Shown here piece after piece: positions 37,305 through 50,796 of a stretch of 64,000 bases of DNA. The stretch comes from Amphiscolops sp. MND2022 (Eukaryota): assembly GCA_964187785.1 (NCBI GenBank), contig OZ076409.1, positions 23,066,001 to 23,130,000 on the forward strand, written 5' to 3'. The stretch's first letter is position 1; each line of letters opens with the position of its first letter. The translations under genes and the position numbers were made by a program. The notes below the pieces were generated by a model that saw only the letters and a list, made by a program, of their open reading frames with translations, made no database searches and was not told the DNA's origin.

Positions 37305-39249
37305 ACCCAGCTCATCTTTGAACCCGTCACACATTCCGTTTGGCATTATGGATCTTGTTTCGAGGCAGTTACTGTGGGAGACAAGACCAAACTGCTCAGA
37401 AACAAATCATATGAAGCATCAGACGACTAAACAGTCATGACCTCAAAACACGTTGGAATCACTGAAAGAGCTAAAAACTCTATATTCATTGTACTAACAG
37501 CATACACGATCAGACATGACAGAGTTAATGGACAAAACTGATTAATTCGAACTAACTAATTTAGAAACATTCTTTTCACTTATTTTGCGGTAAAACTTTT
37601 TGTATATTTTGCCAATGAGGTCACTCTGGCTTCGTCAAATAACTGTTGCCACTCTTTGCTTTTCGACGTAATACATGAACAATTAGTTCCTCAAGCCTCA
37701 AGCATATATTTAATAAACACTACCTAAATGTTTAGTAAACTGAATATTAGTAGAGGTATCGAATAGCGCTACCCACAAATGTATGACTATCGAAAATGTC
37801 GCCAATAAAAATGGTGCTGAGTTTTAACTAACATCCGTGAAGAAATAGTCAAATTCAGTCAAGAACTAGAGCAGATTATAATTACGAATAATTGGCACAG
37901 TTTGTAAAGATGTATACAGAAGTTTGTTGTCGGCATATCTGCGAACCTGAAGGACATCACGTGAAGAAGATTAAATTTGCTTGATATGCAATCACCTGTT
38001 TGTTGTCTTCACAATGAAACTTGAATGCCATGTTGTTCTAGTCAAAAAAGCGAAGTATGGTAATTAAACGATTTGTTTAGGTTTTTCTAGAACCTAGTAC
38101 CAAATTATTTTCCGTGTCATCTACCAACGGATGTATCAACAAATTATCTTTCTGAATTCTAGGGAAAAAGTCAATCAAGATTGATTCAATAACAATGGAG
38201 CACGACCTATCGCAACTCTAGTTTAGTATTTCAGCAGTGGGCACACCTAAGCCTGCCGCTTTATGATTCTTAAGTTTGGTTACACTTCTAGAGATTTCAA
38301 TACAATCAGTTGGATAAAAGAGTAAGTTTGTCATGTGAATGGACTCCACAAGTAGCTAACGATTTGTTCTTCAAGACTAAAACTACATCATCATCTGTGT
38401 TCAACGTTTCATTCTCGTGTGCAATAATGAAACTACTCTTTTTCTTTTGTCTACCAGCAAGTCTACTCATTTCTCGGAAAAAGCATTTTAGCGAATTTAT
38501 GCAAATCGTGAGTCGTTTAGTAAAGTACTCTTGATTTCTCGATGGAACGAGTTCACCATTACGGTTCCGCAGAGTATTTAGCTTTATTAGGGAATGTGCG
38601 ATATCTTCTGTACATATAAAAAGCGAGCGATGTTTAGTCTAATATTGCTCTTTTTTTAAAGTTTACAAGCATTTATATTTTTGATAGTAAACTTTGACTG
38701 CTGTGGTGAAGGCATCGAGAGGTTTTCAGTCATTCCGTCCATGTCTTGACTTGAATTAGAACGTTCCAGACCTTGCCAGAGGCACACTACGCATCAAAAC
38801 ATTTCGGACCACTCTAAAAGATGTAAGGAACTGTCAACAGAAAGCGCGAAAAATTCGTTTCGACAACCATACAACACTGAATTATTCGAATTGATTGATC
38901 GTTTTAAGCTCTCATAGAGGTTTCTTTTTGTTGAACGATTGCGAAAAGCACTGGAAAACGATGATAAACCTTGTCAAAGAAATATCCATCAGTAGGCAAC
39001 CATGTGAACAACTGAATTCGATTTGGATTTGAGTAAATCAACTGTTGCTTTTGTTGCAAAAACACAGTTATAGGGTTAACAATGGACCTAAAGGGTGATC
39101 CAGAGTCATTACAAAAGATCATGAGTTGCGGATTAAACTAAAACTAGAAATATTATGAAGCAACATCAAGAAAAAGTCATATCCAGAAAACTTCAAAAAG
39201 AAACTGTATAGTGAAACCTGTTAGAAGATCAATACAGCGCGCACTGAAG

Positions 39250-39800
39250 CACCTTGTATTTTTCTACAGAAACGAACAGAAGATAATATTACTTACGAAG
39301 AAACAAAAAAGGATCATGTAGGAAAATGCATTGACTGATTTGACCAACGAGTCCATGGAAAATGTTTGCTTTCACTGGCCAAAAAGAATCACTTTAGACG
39401 TGCCCGGTAATTGCAGACCACACAGCAGGAACAAATTAGGAAGTCACCAAACATTCAGAAACGAAGTACAAGTTGGAGTTGGTGGTTCTATGTTTTGAAG
39501 CACACTTCTTTCAAATGGCATGCTTTTTGTGGAAACGGCTTTGAGCAGCGTGATATCCACGGATTACCAAGTTTATTTGGACTGGCTATGTCCGAGATAA
39601 TGGATGTATAGAAAAATTTTCGACATCTCCAATGGAAAAATTGTAATATTCACAGTGCCCTGTCGACAGTGGTGTTTTTTGAAAGTCGTGCAATTGATCT
39701 TCTGATTGGGCCCAGAAGAAACCCTGACTTGAAAATGTTGCAGAATTCCTGAAGTATGTTGAGCAATTTAGGGTGTATAATAGCCCGCAACCCCGGTATG
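39250..39800 (+). pseudogene. Highly decayed Tc1/mariner DDE transposase fragment
   Basis: GPRRNPDLKMLQNS*SML at ~39710-39760 resembles WPxxSPDLNPIENxW; FTG.KRITLDVPG at ~39370-39410 resembles FSDEKKFNLDGPDG. Confidence 0.5.
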
Positions 39801-42384
39801 TGAAAGAATTAAAAAAACATTCGTGAAGCAGTTTCGTACTTACATTTGAGTTGTTCTGATCAATTGACCTAGTTATTCGACTCTATACTCCCTATCGCAG
39901 GTTTGGATGAAGAAAAAAGTAGGACGATCCTCAAAAAAGGCTTCCGGTAATTTTTTCGCCGTCCGAAAAGCTTTGACGCGTTTAGCGTCGAAGCGATCGC
40001 GTGAAGAGTATTGACCCAGAGCGTGATTTAAGTAAAACCATTACTAATCGGCTTTTTGGAGAAATGCCATGGTCAATATCAATTGTTCATAGAAGAAGTA
40101 AAACAGTTTGGGCCTAATTGTTGTGATGGGCTCGTTGAATAGCTTCAGACTTGAGACGACACCTACGAGTACAAAATATCTCTACCGCTGTTTTGTTGAT
40201 TTGATGATAGAATTGGACTGAGAGATCACACTCCACTCGCTGAGATTGTATTGTTTTCCCTTTTCAAGCAAAGAACTGAAAGTTTTTATTTACTATCCAA
40301 ATTAAATTAGTAACGAGCATCCACTATTGGGTTTTTAACATCCACCCTAAAGCAGGAGTTTTGTATTTTTTAATAATGTCTCAAACCTTCAGCCTCGGTA
40401 GACCGGGTAAATTGAACCTTTTCCAAGATGGGTCTTTAACAACTGCACTAAATCACCGCGCGCCGTGGCACACAGCATCGTTGAAATTAAATGACGCAGG
40501 AGTTCAGCAGTGAACACTGCAAAAATATCTCTTAAAGGTTATACTCGTGTCCTCCTAGCTGGAAACTTGGTAACTAGAATTCATGACATCTGTCGAGCAC
40601 GTTGAATACTGCCTCCTAGTGCATACTGCAGGCTTCAAAGAGCTTTTTCTGGAAAAGTCACCCCTAAGAAGCAAACGCAGGAAGTCATCACTTAGCGCAA
40701 TTATTATTAAGTGTGCCTGGGATGGAGTCTGCGAGCATCCAAAAGCAAAACGTGAGAACAAGCTGCAACAGAAAAGTGAGGAAGATCAACGACTGTGCTC
40801 AAATGGCCCTGAAACTAGACAACTGTAACAATCGTGCCGGAATAACAATAGCTGTAGTCAACGAGCCGCACTCACAATAGCTGTTGACAACTACGCGGCA
40901 CTCATGTTGAACGATCTGCAGAGAGATATGTGTACTGTTCCAGTCCCAACCAAGGTCGGGTCATTTTCAGCGTCAGACGTTTACATGCACAAAGCTCTGA
41001 TGTTCTTACTCAGGGGCCTTATTTCAGCTTTTTGATTTTGTGTCTAAACTTTTGAAAGGAGTCCAGTGGGCAAATTTGATTGCATTGTAAGAGTATATGA
41101 CTATTCTTGTTAAAAACAATACTGGAAGGCAAAGGACCTTACGACCTTCAACTTCACTTCCTCTGGTGCTAAATTGAGTACACTGAGGAAGACTGACAAC
41201 AGACGTCGACTGATTGTAACGAGAACACTATCTGTCTGTAAAATGTGTTGAATATGTTGTTTTTGATTTGCAGAAGTTGAGGTGGAAAAGTCGTCAGTTA
41301 GGTGTTTGTGCTGAGAGAGCCTTTCCACAGACGTTTTTCGTACTTTAGTTGAGTGTCCAAATCCCAAAGGAAGCAGCATCTTTATAACACAATTTGAAAA
41401 CGCGTTAAACTCTGTCGAGAGACAGTCTATGCTTGAGAACTTTATTAATTTCATCCCAGAATATACAAGTACTTACAGTCAGCCTAAAAGCAGCCAAGTT
41501 TCCTTCCATGCGAGGATTCGGTTATCAAGTCGCGTATAAATACCCAGTAATGAGACACTGAACCTCTGACTTTATAATTGGAAGCCTGCAAGACATGACA
41601 GATAACATGGAATCGAACCAAAACGTGTGGTACCTCGACTATGAAAATCTAGAAACAAATGAAAAACCGTGGTGAAAAACAAAGGGAAGCTTATGCAAAT
41701 TGAAAAAAGCTTCGGCTGATCATTAAACTATCGCAGTGGAAACTTTTATTGGGTGATATCACCAAAAAGCGACAATCAGCAATGGTATCAGCATTTTAAA
41801 GTGTTTGCGCGTGAATCAAAGCCCCACTAGGTGTAAACGTTCAAGCAACTTATTTGGAAACATATCGATGAACTAACAATATCAACAACATTAATAAAAA
41901 AAGAGATGCGAAATTCGGATTTCGCAAGCTGAAGGAATGTTTCAGCGAATAGAACCTTCCGTACTTTCCGAGAACCAGCACATGTTTCTTTGATGAAATG
42001 CTTCTGGAGAAGTATGACAAAAACATTCTGTCCGGAAGTTTTGTGGAGAAAGTGGGAAATGTTAGATTCGACATTAGTTTTTTTGTTAAGCTAGTTCTGC
42101 AGGCAACATAAGATGGTCTAAGGGTGAAATTCGCATCGACGTTAGCACTATCTGCCTTTTGGCTTTGGTGTTTGCTGCGGGACTTTTCTGACAACTTTTT
42201 TTGGAAATGTTCTAAGATCTTTTCGTTCACAAGAACGCTCATCACAGTACAATGATGATCGTTGAAAAAATTTAAACGCTCATTAAAATAACTTCGTGTG
42301 GCAGTGCGCAGTGGGTGATTGTCACTTCCTGCAAAAACTTGGGCCTGAAGATTGTTGATCATCAACTTAGTAATTCTGGTATGG

Positions 42385-42982
42385 AACCAGTTTGTACAAA
42401 ACCAGTTTGTAGAATCCAGTTTGTAGAAATGTGAGGTCGAGTTTGTAAAAAGATTTTTTCTTCAAACTGGATTCTACAAACTGGTTTCCTACAAACTGGT
42501 TAGGTCCAGTTTGTAGAATACCAGTTTTTAGAAATCTGGAATTGAAGAAAAACATTAAGACCAATAATGTAGGAAAGATGCAAAGTAAAAAACGTGCCTC
42601 GGATATGTCCCGATTTCCTCTAGTGCCCCGTGGCCCCTTGAGCCCACCTATGTTCCCATCTTGCTAAGCGAGGTCGAATAGGAGCAAAGACCTAGCGGAA
42701 CGGAGATCGCGAAGCGATCGTAGTGCGAGCTGGTTTTTGCGACAGTGAGGGCGACCCCGCATACACCAGATGTGCCCCACATTTCAGTTTTTAGATCTTT
42801 TTCCTGTAGATCTTAGGCGGTGGAGCTCTCATGATCTTGTGTGAAGAATGTCCAGTTTGTAGAAGTTAATGATCCAGTTTGTATAATTTAATGATCCAGT
42901 TTGTAGGAAAACAATTCTACAAACTGGACCACTTGGGACCAATTTGTAGAATTCTACAAACTGGTATTCTACAAACTGGACC
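42385..42982. mobile_element. Foldback/MITE-like element with CCAGTTTGTAGAA subrepeats and shared core
   Basis: Arrays of CCAGTTTGTAGAA / TTCTACAAACTGG flanking the core at 42598-42785. Confidence 0.65.
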
Positions 42983-43169
42983 TAAATTGGTAAAAAGGTT
43001 GGAAGCAACGGTTTACACAGCTTTTCTTTGAACAAAAGAGTGCATCGTTTCCCATGTAATGCTAATTTGTTTTCACTCATAAAACATACTTGGGGTCCTC
43101 CTGGCTTGCAGTTAATGCTAGAGCCCCGTGAACTGTATTGAACTAACGGCGTATGCCCAGATGGGCGGG

Positions 43170-44545
43170 CGGGATTAATGTCTAAATTGAAAACAGGAAT
43201 AAGATCTAATTCAAACCATTTTTCGGGATTAACGTTCAAAGTTTTAGACGTTATTCACGTTTTTTTAGACGTTATTCCCGCTTTTCAGACGTTATTCTTG
43301 TTTTAAAAATTGAATTTTTGCAAGTAAAAATATCAATTTCTGAATGTCTTCACACAAAATGGCTGGCACAAAAATGAGGTGGCAAGGGAATCATTGTCTA
43401 CGGTACCCTGAATTCGAACAACAAAAAATCAGAAGATTTTATACTTTTCCCACCTAATGTGGAGCATATTCGGTGTATGCACGCTCGCCCTCAACGTCGC
43501 AAAGACCAGCTACCGCTACGATCGCTTCGCGATCTCCGTTCCCGCTAGGTCTTTGCTCCTGTTCGACCTCGCTTAGCAAGATTGGAACATAGGTGGCCTC
43601 AAGAGGCGGCGGGGCACTAGAGGAAATGGGGTCATATCCGAGACATGTTTTATACTTTGAATCACTTCAGAGCATTAGATCTTGATTGACCGGCATTTTC
43701 TCAATTTTAGACGTTATTCCCAATAATTAGACGTTATTTTTGGATATTTTAGGCGTTTTTCCCGATTTTAAACGTTATTCCTGTTTTTCAGACGTATTTC
43801 GACAATTTTTTTGTCTTTAAGACGTTTTTCTGTAATTTAGACGTTATTCCCGTTTTTCAGACGTACTTTGACACTTTTTCTGTATTTCAGACGTTTTTCT
43901 GTAATTAAGACGTTATTCCCGTTTTTAGTCGGCGCTTTTCTAGTGAAAAGTGCCCGACTCTTACAGTGGCTAGTCTTGTTTTCTTTTTCTTTTCAACAAT
44001 CTCACTCTGATTGGGCCACTTTTCTCACAATCGGAACTGCTAAAACTACCACCAAAAGGCCAAGTCCGGTCAGCGGAAAGTAGTTCAAAAGGGTCCCCCT
44101 ATTCAATTTTTACCATTTTAGTTTAACCTTCAAAACCGGACGAGACTAAGAGGTCCCCCTTTCGATTTTTTTCGGCATTGTGCGACTTTTTCTCGAAAAG
44201 TTTTTAATGTCTCAAAAGGGTCCCCCTTTCGAGTTTTTTGATATTTTGCAACAAAATATATGTTCTAAAGCCCAAGTGTCCCTCCTTTTACATTTTTCGG
44301 CACTATGTGACATTTTCGGAAAAGAAAAAATTCAAAAATTTCGAGTTTTTTATTTAAAAAAAGACGTTTGCGCTTTTTGAGCCTTAGATACAGCGCCGAC
44401 TTTAGACGTTCCCGTCTTGTTCTGACGTAATTTGACAATTTGTCTGTAACTTAGACGTTTTCTTGTGATTGATACGTCATTCGCGTTTCCAGGTCTAGAC
44501 GTTGTTCCTCTATTTAGACGTTATTCCCGTGTTTTTAGAAGTTAG
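43170..44545. mobile_element. Foldback/MITE-like element with TTAGACGTTATTCCC subrepeats and shared core; hosts a HINE
   Basis: Many AGACGTTATTCC repeats; core at 43448-43645; boundaries approximate. Confidence 0.6.
43922..44421 (+). mobile_element. HINE-like element, second subfamily
   Basis: TTTTTAGTCGGCGC...CCCGACT 5' end; GCGCCGACT + hairpin AGACGTTCCCGTCT + TGTT 3' end; inserted in a T-run. Confidence 0.7.
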
Positions 44546-44699
44546 AGAGACAACACTATGTTTTTGTAAGGGTATAGTTGACAGCTTATCATAAAATTAG
44601 TGTAAATGACTTATGCAACCATAAGTAGTTTTCTCGAACTTCACCAACAATTATGGGAAAGAAAGAAAGACACAGGTTTATCTAAAGCGTAAATCACGC

Positions 44700-46226
44700 C
44701 AGGTACTAGCTACTTGGATAGGACCTGCATTTGACTCTCTTTCCAGATGAATTTTCAATCGAATTTTGAATACATGTTGGCTGACACTTGGATCTCGCAT
44801 ATGCAGCAGTAGTGAGTTCCACTTCAGTGAAGTATAATGAAAAAACGATGAGTAATTACCCCATTAGATAACTTGATTGGTACGGGAATTCCATCGATAT
44901 GATGCCGTAGGTAATTTCAACCGATTTTGAAAGGCTGTTTTTCTGATTAAAAATGTACTGAAAGAAGTAAATCAGAGATTCGAACATGATCAAGTGACGT
45001 ATACTTATTATACCCTTGTTTTTTCTCGATTCATAAGATGACTTGATGTTTGAACAAAAAAAGACGCTCTTCAAAGCCCAATTCATCTGTTTTTCTAGTG
45101 AGAGCAATAAAGAAGATCTAATTTCGAAGAAAAACAGAAGAGAATAGTCCTGGTGACTTATCACAAGTGCGTGGAAAAGCAAAAAAAAGTACTTGTGTTG
45201 GGAACCTGTGCTGCATAGTTTCAACAGTTTTCATACCAACTGCCAATTTTTTTAGGGGTTAAGGACAATTTGCGGAAAGACAATTTGCCGAAACCCAATT
45301 CTGCGAACGTGAAGGACAATTTGCTGAATTTTTTTCGGCAAATTGTCCCTTTGAATTTGCTGAATTTTGTAGGGACAATTTGCCGAAAACCTAGCGTTTT
45401 CAAATAACAATGTTTTTGGCCGTCGGATTTGCCCCCATTTCCTCTAGTGCCCCGCGGCCCCTTGGGCCGCTTTTGTTCAAATCTTGCCAAGCGGGGTCGA
45501 ACAGGAGCAAAGACCTAGCGGGAACGGAAATCGCGAAGAAATCGTAGTGGGAGCTGGTCTTTGTCACGGTGAGGGCGAGCGTGCATACACCCTATATGAC
45601 CCCATATTAGGTGAGGAGAAGTACCTAATCTATTTTAAACGCTTCGCAGTAGCAAAAACCCGATACGGGACAATTTGCCGAAAGACAATTTGCCGAAACC
45701 CAATTTGCCGAACGTGAGGGACAATTTGCCAAAAATTATTCGGCAAATTGTCCCTGAGTCACTTTTCGGTAAATTGCTTTTCGGCAAATTGTCCCGTATT
45801 CTTTTTTAGCACCTTTTTAACTTGTGTTTGGAATCCAAGGTGTTTATCAATGGTTACACCTAAGTATTTGCAATGGTCTGACTTCTTCACTATGGTGGAG
45901 CCTACAATAACTGTCTTCATATCGTTGAGGCGTTTATCATTTTTGACGAAGAAGGTGATGAAATCTGTTTTATTTGCATTCAAGTTCAGTTTATTGGGAC
46001 AAAAGTATTCTTCTTACTTATATAAATTGTCTGGTAATACTTCAAGAGCAGTGTCGGATTTTTTATCACTACATAAAGTTGAACAATCGTCAGCATACTG
46101 TAATATATGAGCAGTTTCGCTCATGAGTTCTGGAAGATCATTCACATACAAGTTGGAAAATAACGGTCCTATGACTGTTCCTTGGGGAACTCCTTGTTTC
46201 AATTCAATCCATTCAGATTTTTCCAT
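44700..46226 (-). pseudogene. 5'-truncated LINE (L2/CR1-type) RT fragment, interrupted by a MITE
   Basis: QGVPQGTVIGP, QYADD, LNANKT, KYLGVTIDKHL; frame resumes after the insert (LKK/LAVGMKTV). 3' boundary approximate. Confidence 0.85.
45256..45801. mobile_element. Foldback/MITE-like element with GGACAATTTGCCGAA subrepeats, 8-bp TSD
   Basis: TTTTTTAG at 45248-45255 and 45802-45809; interrupts the LINE ORF; core at 45420-45612. Confidence 0.8.
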
Positions 46227-46787
46227 GTTATCATGCTTTCTGGGTAAATTTGTAAACAGTTGGTGAGATGTCTCGGTTGTGGATGCCCTCGCACCCAGTC
46301 GACTGAATCAAGGCTCCTTGGGCAACCACTACTCCGGATGAAGAATCACAGAAGGTTGGGTAGTATTAAGAAAGGGGTTTGACAACGAATACAGTGTTCA
46401 GATGGTAGCACTGGAAGTACAGCGCTGTTCTGGTGGAAATAGTGAAATGTGAGCTGATAGATTTTTAGAGCAACGTTTCTGAAGTGCCTTCAAAATCGGA
46501 AATGCGTAATGTGGTCTAGGAACAGTGAGCGACAGAGATGTGTTTGATTGTTGTGACAAACGCATAATCGCTGCCTAATTGTTGGAATAAGCTTATGGAA
46601 TGGAGCAAGGCCAAGACCAAAACTAGTTCAAGTAACGATGACGACGATGGTACCAAACACTATGGCTCATGAAATGTCATCTTTAGAATTGCTGGTACTC
46701 AGCGTAGAGACAGATGAGTTTCCTTTCTATCAAATGTAAAACCAAAATCATGCATTTTTGAAGTTGTATGCTTATATATACCACATA

Positions 46788-48345
46788 GAAGAAGAAGAAA
46801 AAAAAAGAAGAAGAAGAAGAAGAAGAGATCAATTAACCTTCGGGATGTGGCAGTACAAACGACTTTCTATCATTGATTCCAGAACAAAGTAAATAGTATA
46901 AACAGAATTGATACAGAAGGAAGGCAGGTGAGGATTGCAGGGTTATAACAATTAATCGATGCTTGCAATAAAGCCCGCCAACGCGCTTATTACATGCCTG
47001 TTTTCGCAATTTAGCAAACCAACTAGCCTTTTGTCAATCTTTTGATTTTTAAGCTCCTTAATGAAACTCCTTCGGTATTCTTGGTATGAGACACAGGAAA
47101 ATAAGAAGTGTGCAGTATCATCGACAACTCTACAATAGGGACAAATATCGGTTTTGCTCTTATTACTTCTGAATAATACTTCGCGTACTTCAAAATCATT
47201 AATTAGAACACGTAGCGTTTTGACCGAAACTTTCCTAGGATATGGTGCAAGCATTTTCATGATGCTGTTTCTTACTTTGTGTAATTTGAGTTTTTTGAGT
47301 ACTTACTGTAAGTTGAGTACATAAGACCTTGCTTTATTTCTCGTTGCCATAAGTGCCTGCAATAATCATTCACCTCCTTCTTAAAAGTACTGACTGATGA
47401 TTATCTAGCATATTGTATGTATATTGCCTTAATTTCATCAGGATCACGATTTACAATTGAAAGTTTGTGTACCTAAAATAGTCTCACCATATTAATATAT
47501 TGGGGTATGATTGCTAAATTACCCGGGTTTAGAATATCTGCACTTCTAGCAGTTCAATGTAGAAGCATTAATACTTGATTAGTGTAGGGTAGAGAAGGAG
47601 GCCAAATACTACTTCAAACACTAACTACGTGTTTCGATACTTGGTAGTTTCTTATCCCAAAGATAGATTTATGAACACTCCAACACATCTTGTCCAGAGA
47701 TGTCATATTTTGATGAAACCAAATAGTCATACAGTACGTGACACGTGGTTTCACATATGAATCAAAGATACGTACAGCTTAAAATGGATTTATTCCTTGC
47801 GTTATAAGTATACTAGTTTCTTTCCAGAAATTAACCATTGAGGCAGAGATAATGGCAGCATGTGTTTTGGAACTCAAATCTCGCTCAAACCATAAGCCCA
47901 GTATTTTACTTCTCTCAACAAATTTATAGTAGGACTGAAATGCTTCTTTTGAGAAAATTATATGTTCAATTTTGTCTTCATTCAGCACCTGCCTCGATTT
48001 GTATGTATAGTTTTCGGCCTTTACTAAAGATGTGCCTAAGTTTTCTTTGCTTGAAAGAGAAGTACTGTCATCTGCATACTTATATGTTAAGTCCGCATCT
48101 TAGAGGAAGCTCTTCAAATAAAATATAAACAAAAGTGGTGACAGTACCGCCCCCTGAGGTAAACCAATAAAAGGGACTAAAGACATGTCGATATAATGAT
48201 TGACTTGGAAACTGCCTTTCCGATTCGATAAAGATTTAATTGTAGCTAACATTGAACAATTTAAACCACTGTTTATTAGCTTGCTTAGCAATAAAGTTTG
48301 ATCTACGGAATATAAAGTATGATCTCCCACATATATAAGCTCATA
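46788..48345 (-). pseudogene. 5'-truncated LINE with C-terminal CCHC finger and (TTC)n tail
   Basis: GLPQGAVLSPLLF, YADDS, KILGLWFE, CPYCRVVDDTAHFLFSC; (AAG)n at 46788-46826. Confidence 0.8.
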
Positions 48346-48347
48346 TA

Positions 48348-48660
48348 TGTCGATGACACTGCACATTTCTTATTTTCCTGTGTCTCATACCAAGAACACC
48401 GAAGGAGTTTCATTAAGGAGCTTAAAAATCAAAACATTGACGAAACGCTAGTTAGTTTGCTAAATTGCGAAAAAAAGCATGTTATTAGCGCGTTGGCGCG
48501 CTTTATTGCAAGCATCGAAGAATTCTTATAACCCTGCAATCCTCACTTGCCTTCCTTCTGTGTCAATTCTATTATACTATTTTCTTTATTCTGGAATCAA
48601 TGATAGAAAGTCATTTGTACTGCCACATCCCGAAGGTTAATTGATATTTTCTTCTTCTTC
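48348..48660 (+). mobile_element. Inverted 3'-end copy of the same LINE family
   Basis: VDDTAHFLFSC...FIASI plus the same 3' UTR and (TTC)n tail, reverse-complementary to 46810-47125. Confidence 0.85.
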
Positions 48661-48808
48661 TATCCCACCTTCAGCAAGTAAATAGCACTTTCTGGCGCCT
48701 TCTTTAATCTCTGATAATATGAGTTCTCTTTGCTGGGTGATTTAAACACTGATTATTTACAAAAGATTGTGTTGCTAGCCTGTATCTTAGGACCCGGCAA
48801 ATAAATGG

Positions 48809-50794
48809 TGTTACGACTATTTACCGGTGTTGTTTTAGGGTTAGTCGCAGTATGCGTCTTGATGGGGGTAGACGTCCTTGCCACGGAAACATTCTCTGGT
48901 TCAGAGTCTGAGTCTTGGGTATTCATACGGACAGTTTGTTTCTTGTTTAAAGGTGCTATCAGTTTAGGCATTTCCTTTTGGTTTTCCGCAAGTATTTTGA
49001 TTAGGTCTGACATAATCGCCTTCCTCAGTGACGTTTTTATCTCAGCTAAACCCTCAGGTTCTATTCTAGGAACCTTACTGGAACTAGCTATAAGGTTTTC
49101 AGACGGAAAGTTTTCCGCTACAGAGGTTTCAAAATCACCAGAGACTAGCTCAGCTACAGCTTTCCTTTTCTGGCTTCTGGTTGTCATTTTAATCGCGAGA
49201 GAGAGAGTATCTTTGGAAAAGTTGAATTCTTCAAAGATTTAGGTTTTCTTTTGAACACGTTGTGATAACGGAACAGAACTAATTGTTACAAGACAGATAA
49301 AAACTGAACTGAATTACTTGTATGTTTTACATATTTATACCTTCCCAGCATCATCATTTGTTCCTCACCTAAAAATTCCTAGGTATCACAAAAATCGGGT
49401 TTGTTCAACAAAAAGCGCTAATGATTCAAATTATTTCAGTCCCGCGTCATAAAGTCAGGTATCAAAATTCCTAGTTGCGTCAGTGTTCCGTAAAACTTCG
49501 TTGAAATCATTTTTGTTCAGGTGATTCATTTCCTGTTTCAGCTTCAAAATTGCGGCAAAATAGAAGTCTAGCTGACATTTTCATCAGCGTAGGCACGCCG
49601 GCGTGATCAATTAGTCAGCAATCAAGTTAGGAAATTGAAGTTCGAAGCAAAAGAATGACACTCAAAAATGTCGACGGAATCGAGACGGAATGAGTTAACT
49701 TGGAAGTGGAAGAAAAAATATGGAAATTTGGTATAAAAGGACAAACGATGCTGAAACGAAAATCCCAAATTCAAACATATGAATTACCTGCTAATGGCAT
49801 ACTACATCATTTATACTGAACACAAATAATGTCCAAACGGGACTTTAACGGAATGCAACAAAGATTATACTGCTAATTAAATGAGCACAACATACTTGTA
49901 GTATCAAATGGAAAGCAACTTCAACATTTTACACGATAACCGTAAAATTTGTCAGAACATAATCATAGTTTGGTCATTAGCCTGATTGTTGTTATCACAA
50001 AATACAGCTGTTACTACTGGCTTGAAAAAAGGGAATTAGCGTTGACCTTACGTCTTGTACTAGGATTATTATTAAGATATTCTAAGTGCCATAGTAAACC
50101 AGATAGATTTGTTTCGTTAAGAAAATACTAAACAAAACATAATGTCAACGCAATCTAGTGATTTATCATGGTGATACAAAATCCAGGACATAAGAAATAC
50201 CATTGCAATTTCTATCATCCTTCCTTACAGTACAGCTTTCCTTATATAAAAATCGTAACTCTTAAATCTTTCAAGCGCATCGATTTAGAAAAACTTCATT
50301 TGGATTTCATTTGAACCAGTATTCCTCATTTGCGATTTTATAATTTGCTCCGTAGATGCCCCGTACGTATTAGGATTAGCTATAGCTGAACAACGGAATA
50401 CAGTTTTACAATCCGCTCCGTAAGTGTTCCGTACGTATTAAGATTGCTTATAGCTGAGCAGCAGTAGCAAGCGCAGTGAAAACGGAGAGCGCAGGCGATT
50501 CTATTCTCTTTTCTTAGCTAGAAAGCGTTGCTAGGGGCAACCAAGCGTAATTCTATTGGTATGAGCTCAGATAGTTCCGCCAGCAAGCGACGCTATTGGT
50601 CCGTAAAAATAGAAACACCCGTTGCTAGCCTAGTTGAGTGACGCTGTCATAACGTTGTAAACATCTACTTAGAATCACTTGACTGCGGTTTTAAGTGGAT
50701 ATTTAACAACTGCTTTAATATTGGAATACATTTCCACTCTGTTTTTGTATGTTCTTTCATTTTAGATCTTATGCAGAAGCGGAGCGTCGTGACA
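48809..50794 (-). mobile_element. Probable solo LTR (~2 kb) containing a putative gag N-terminal ORF
   Basis: Termini TGTTACGAC / GTCGTGACA; ORF MTTRSQKRKAVAELVSG...TPVNSRN runs exactly to the GTCGTAACA end; TSD does not match. Confidence 0.55.
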
Positions 50795-50796
50795 TA

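Noticed and set aside
40450..42365. Minus-strand ORFs 40555-40761, 41110-41454 and 41850-42365 as host exons
   Set aside because: No identifiable domain or consistent exon structure by eye; may be decayed coding DNA, needs BLASTx.
43240..43925. AGACGTTATTCC and similar short arrays as CRISPR-like repeats
   Set aside because: Degenerate, no unique spacers, no cas genes, eukaryotic TE context.
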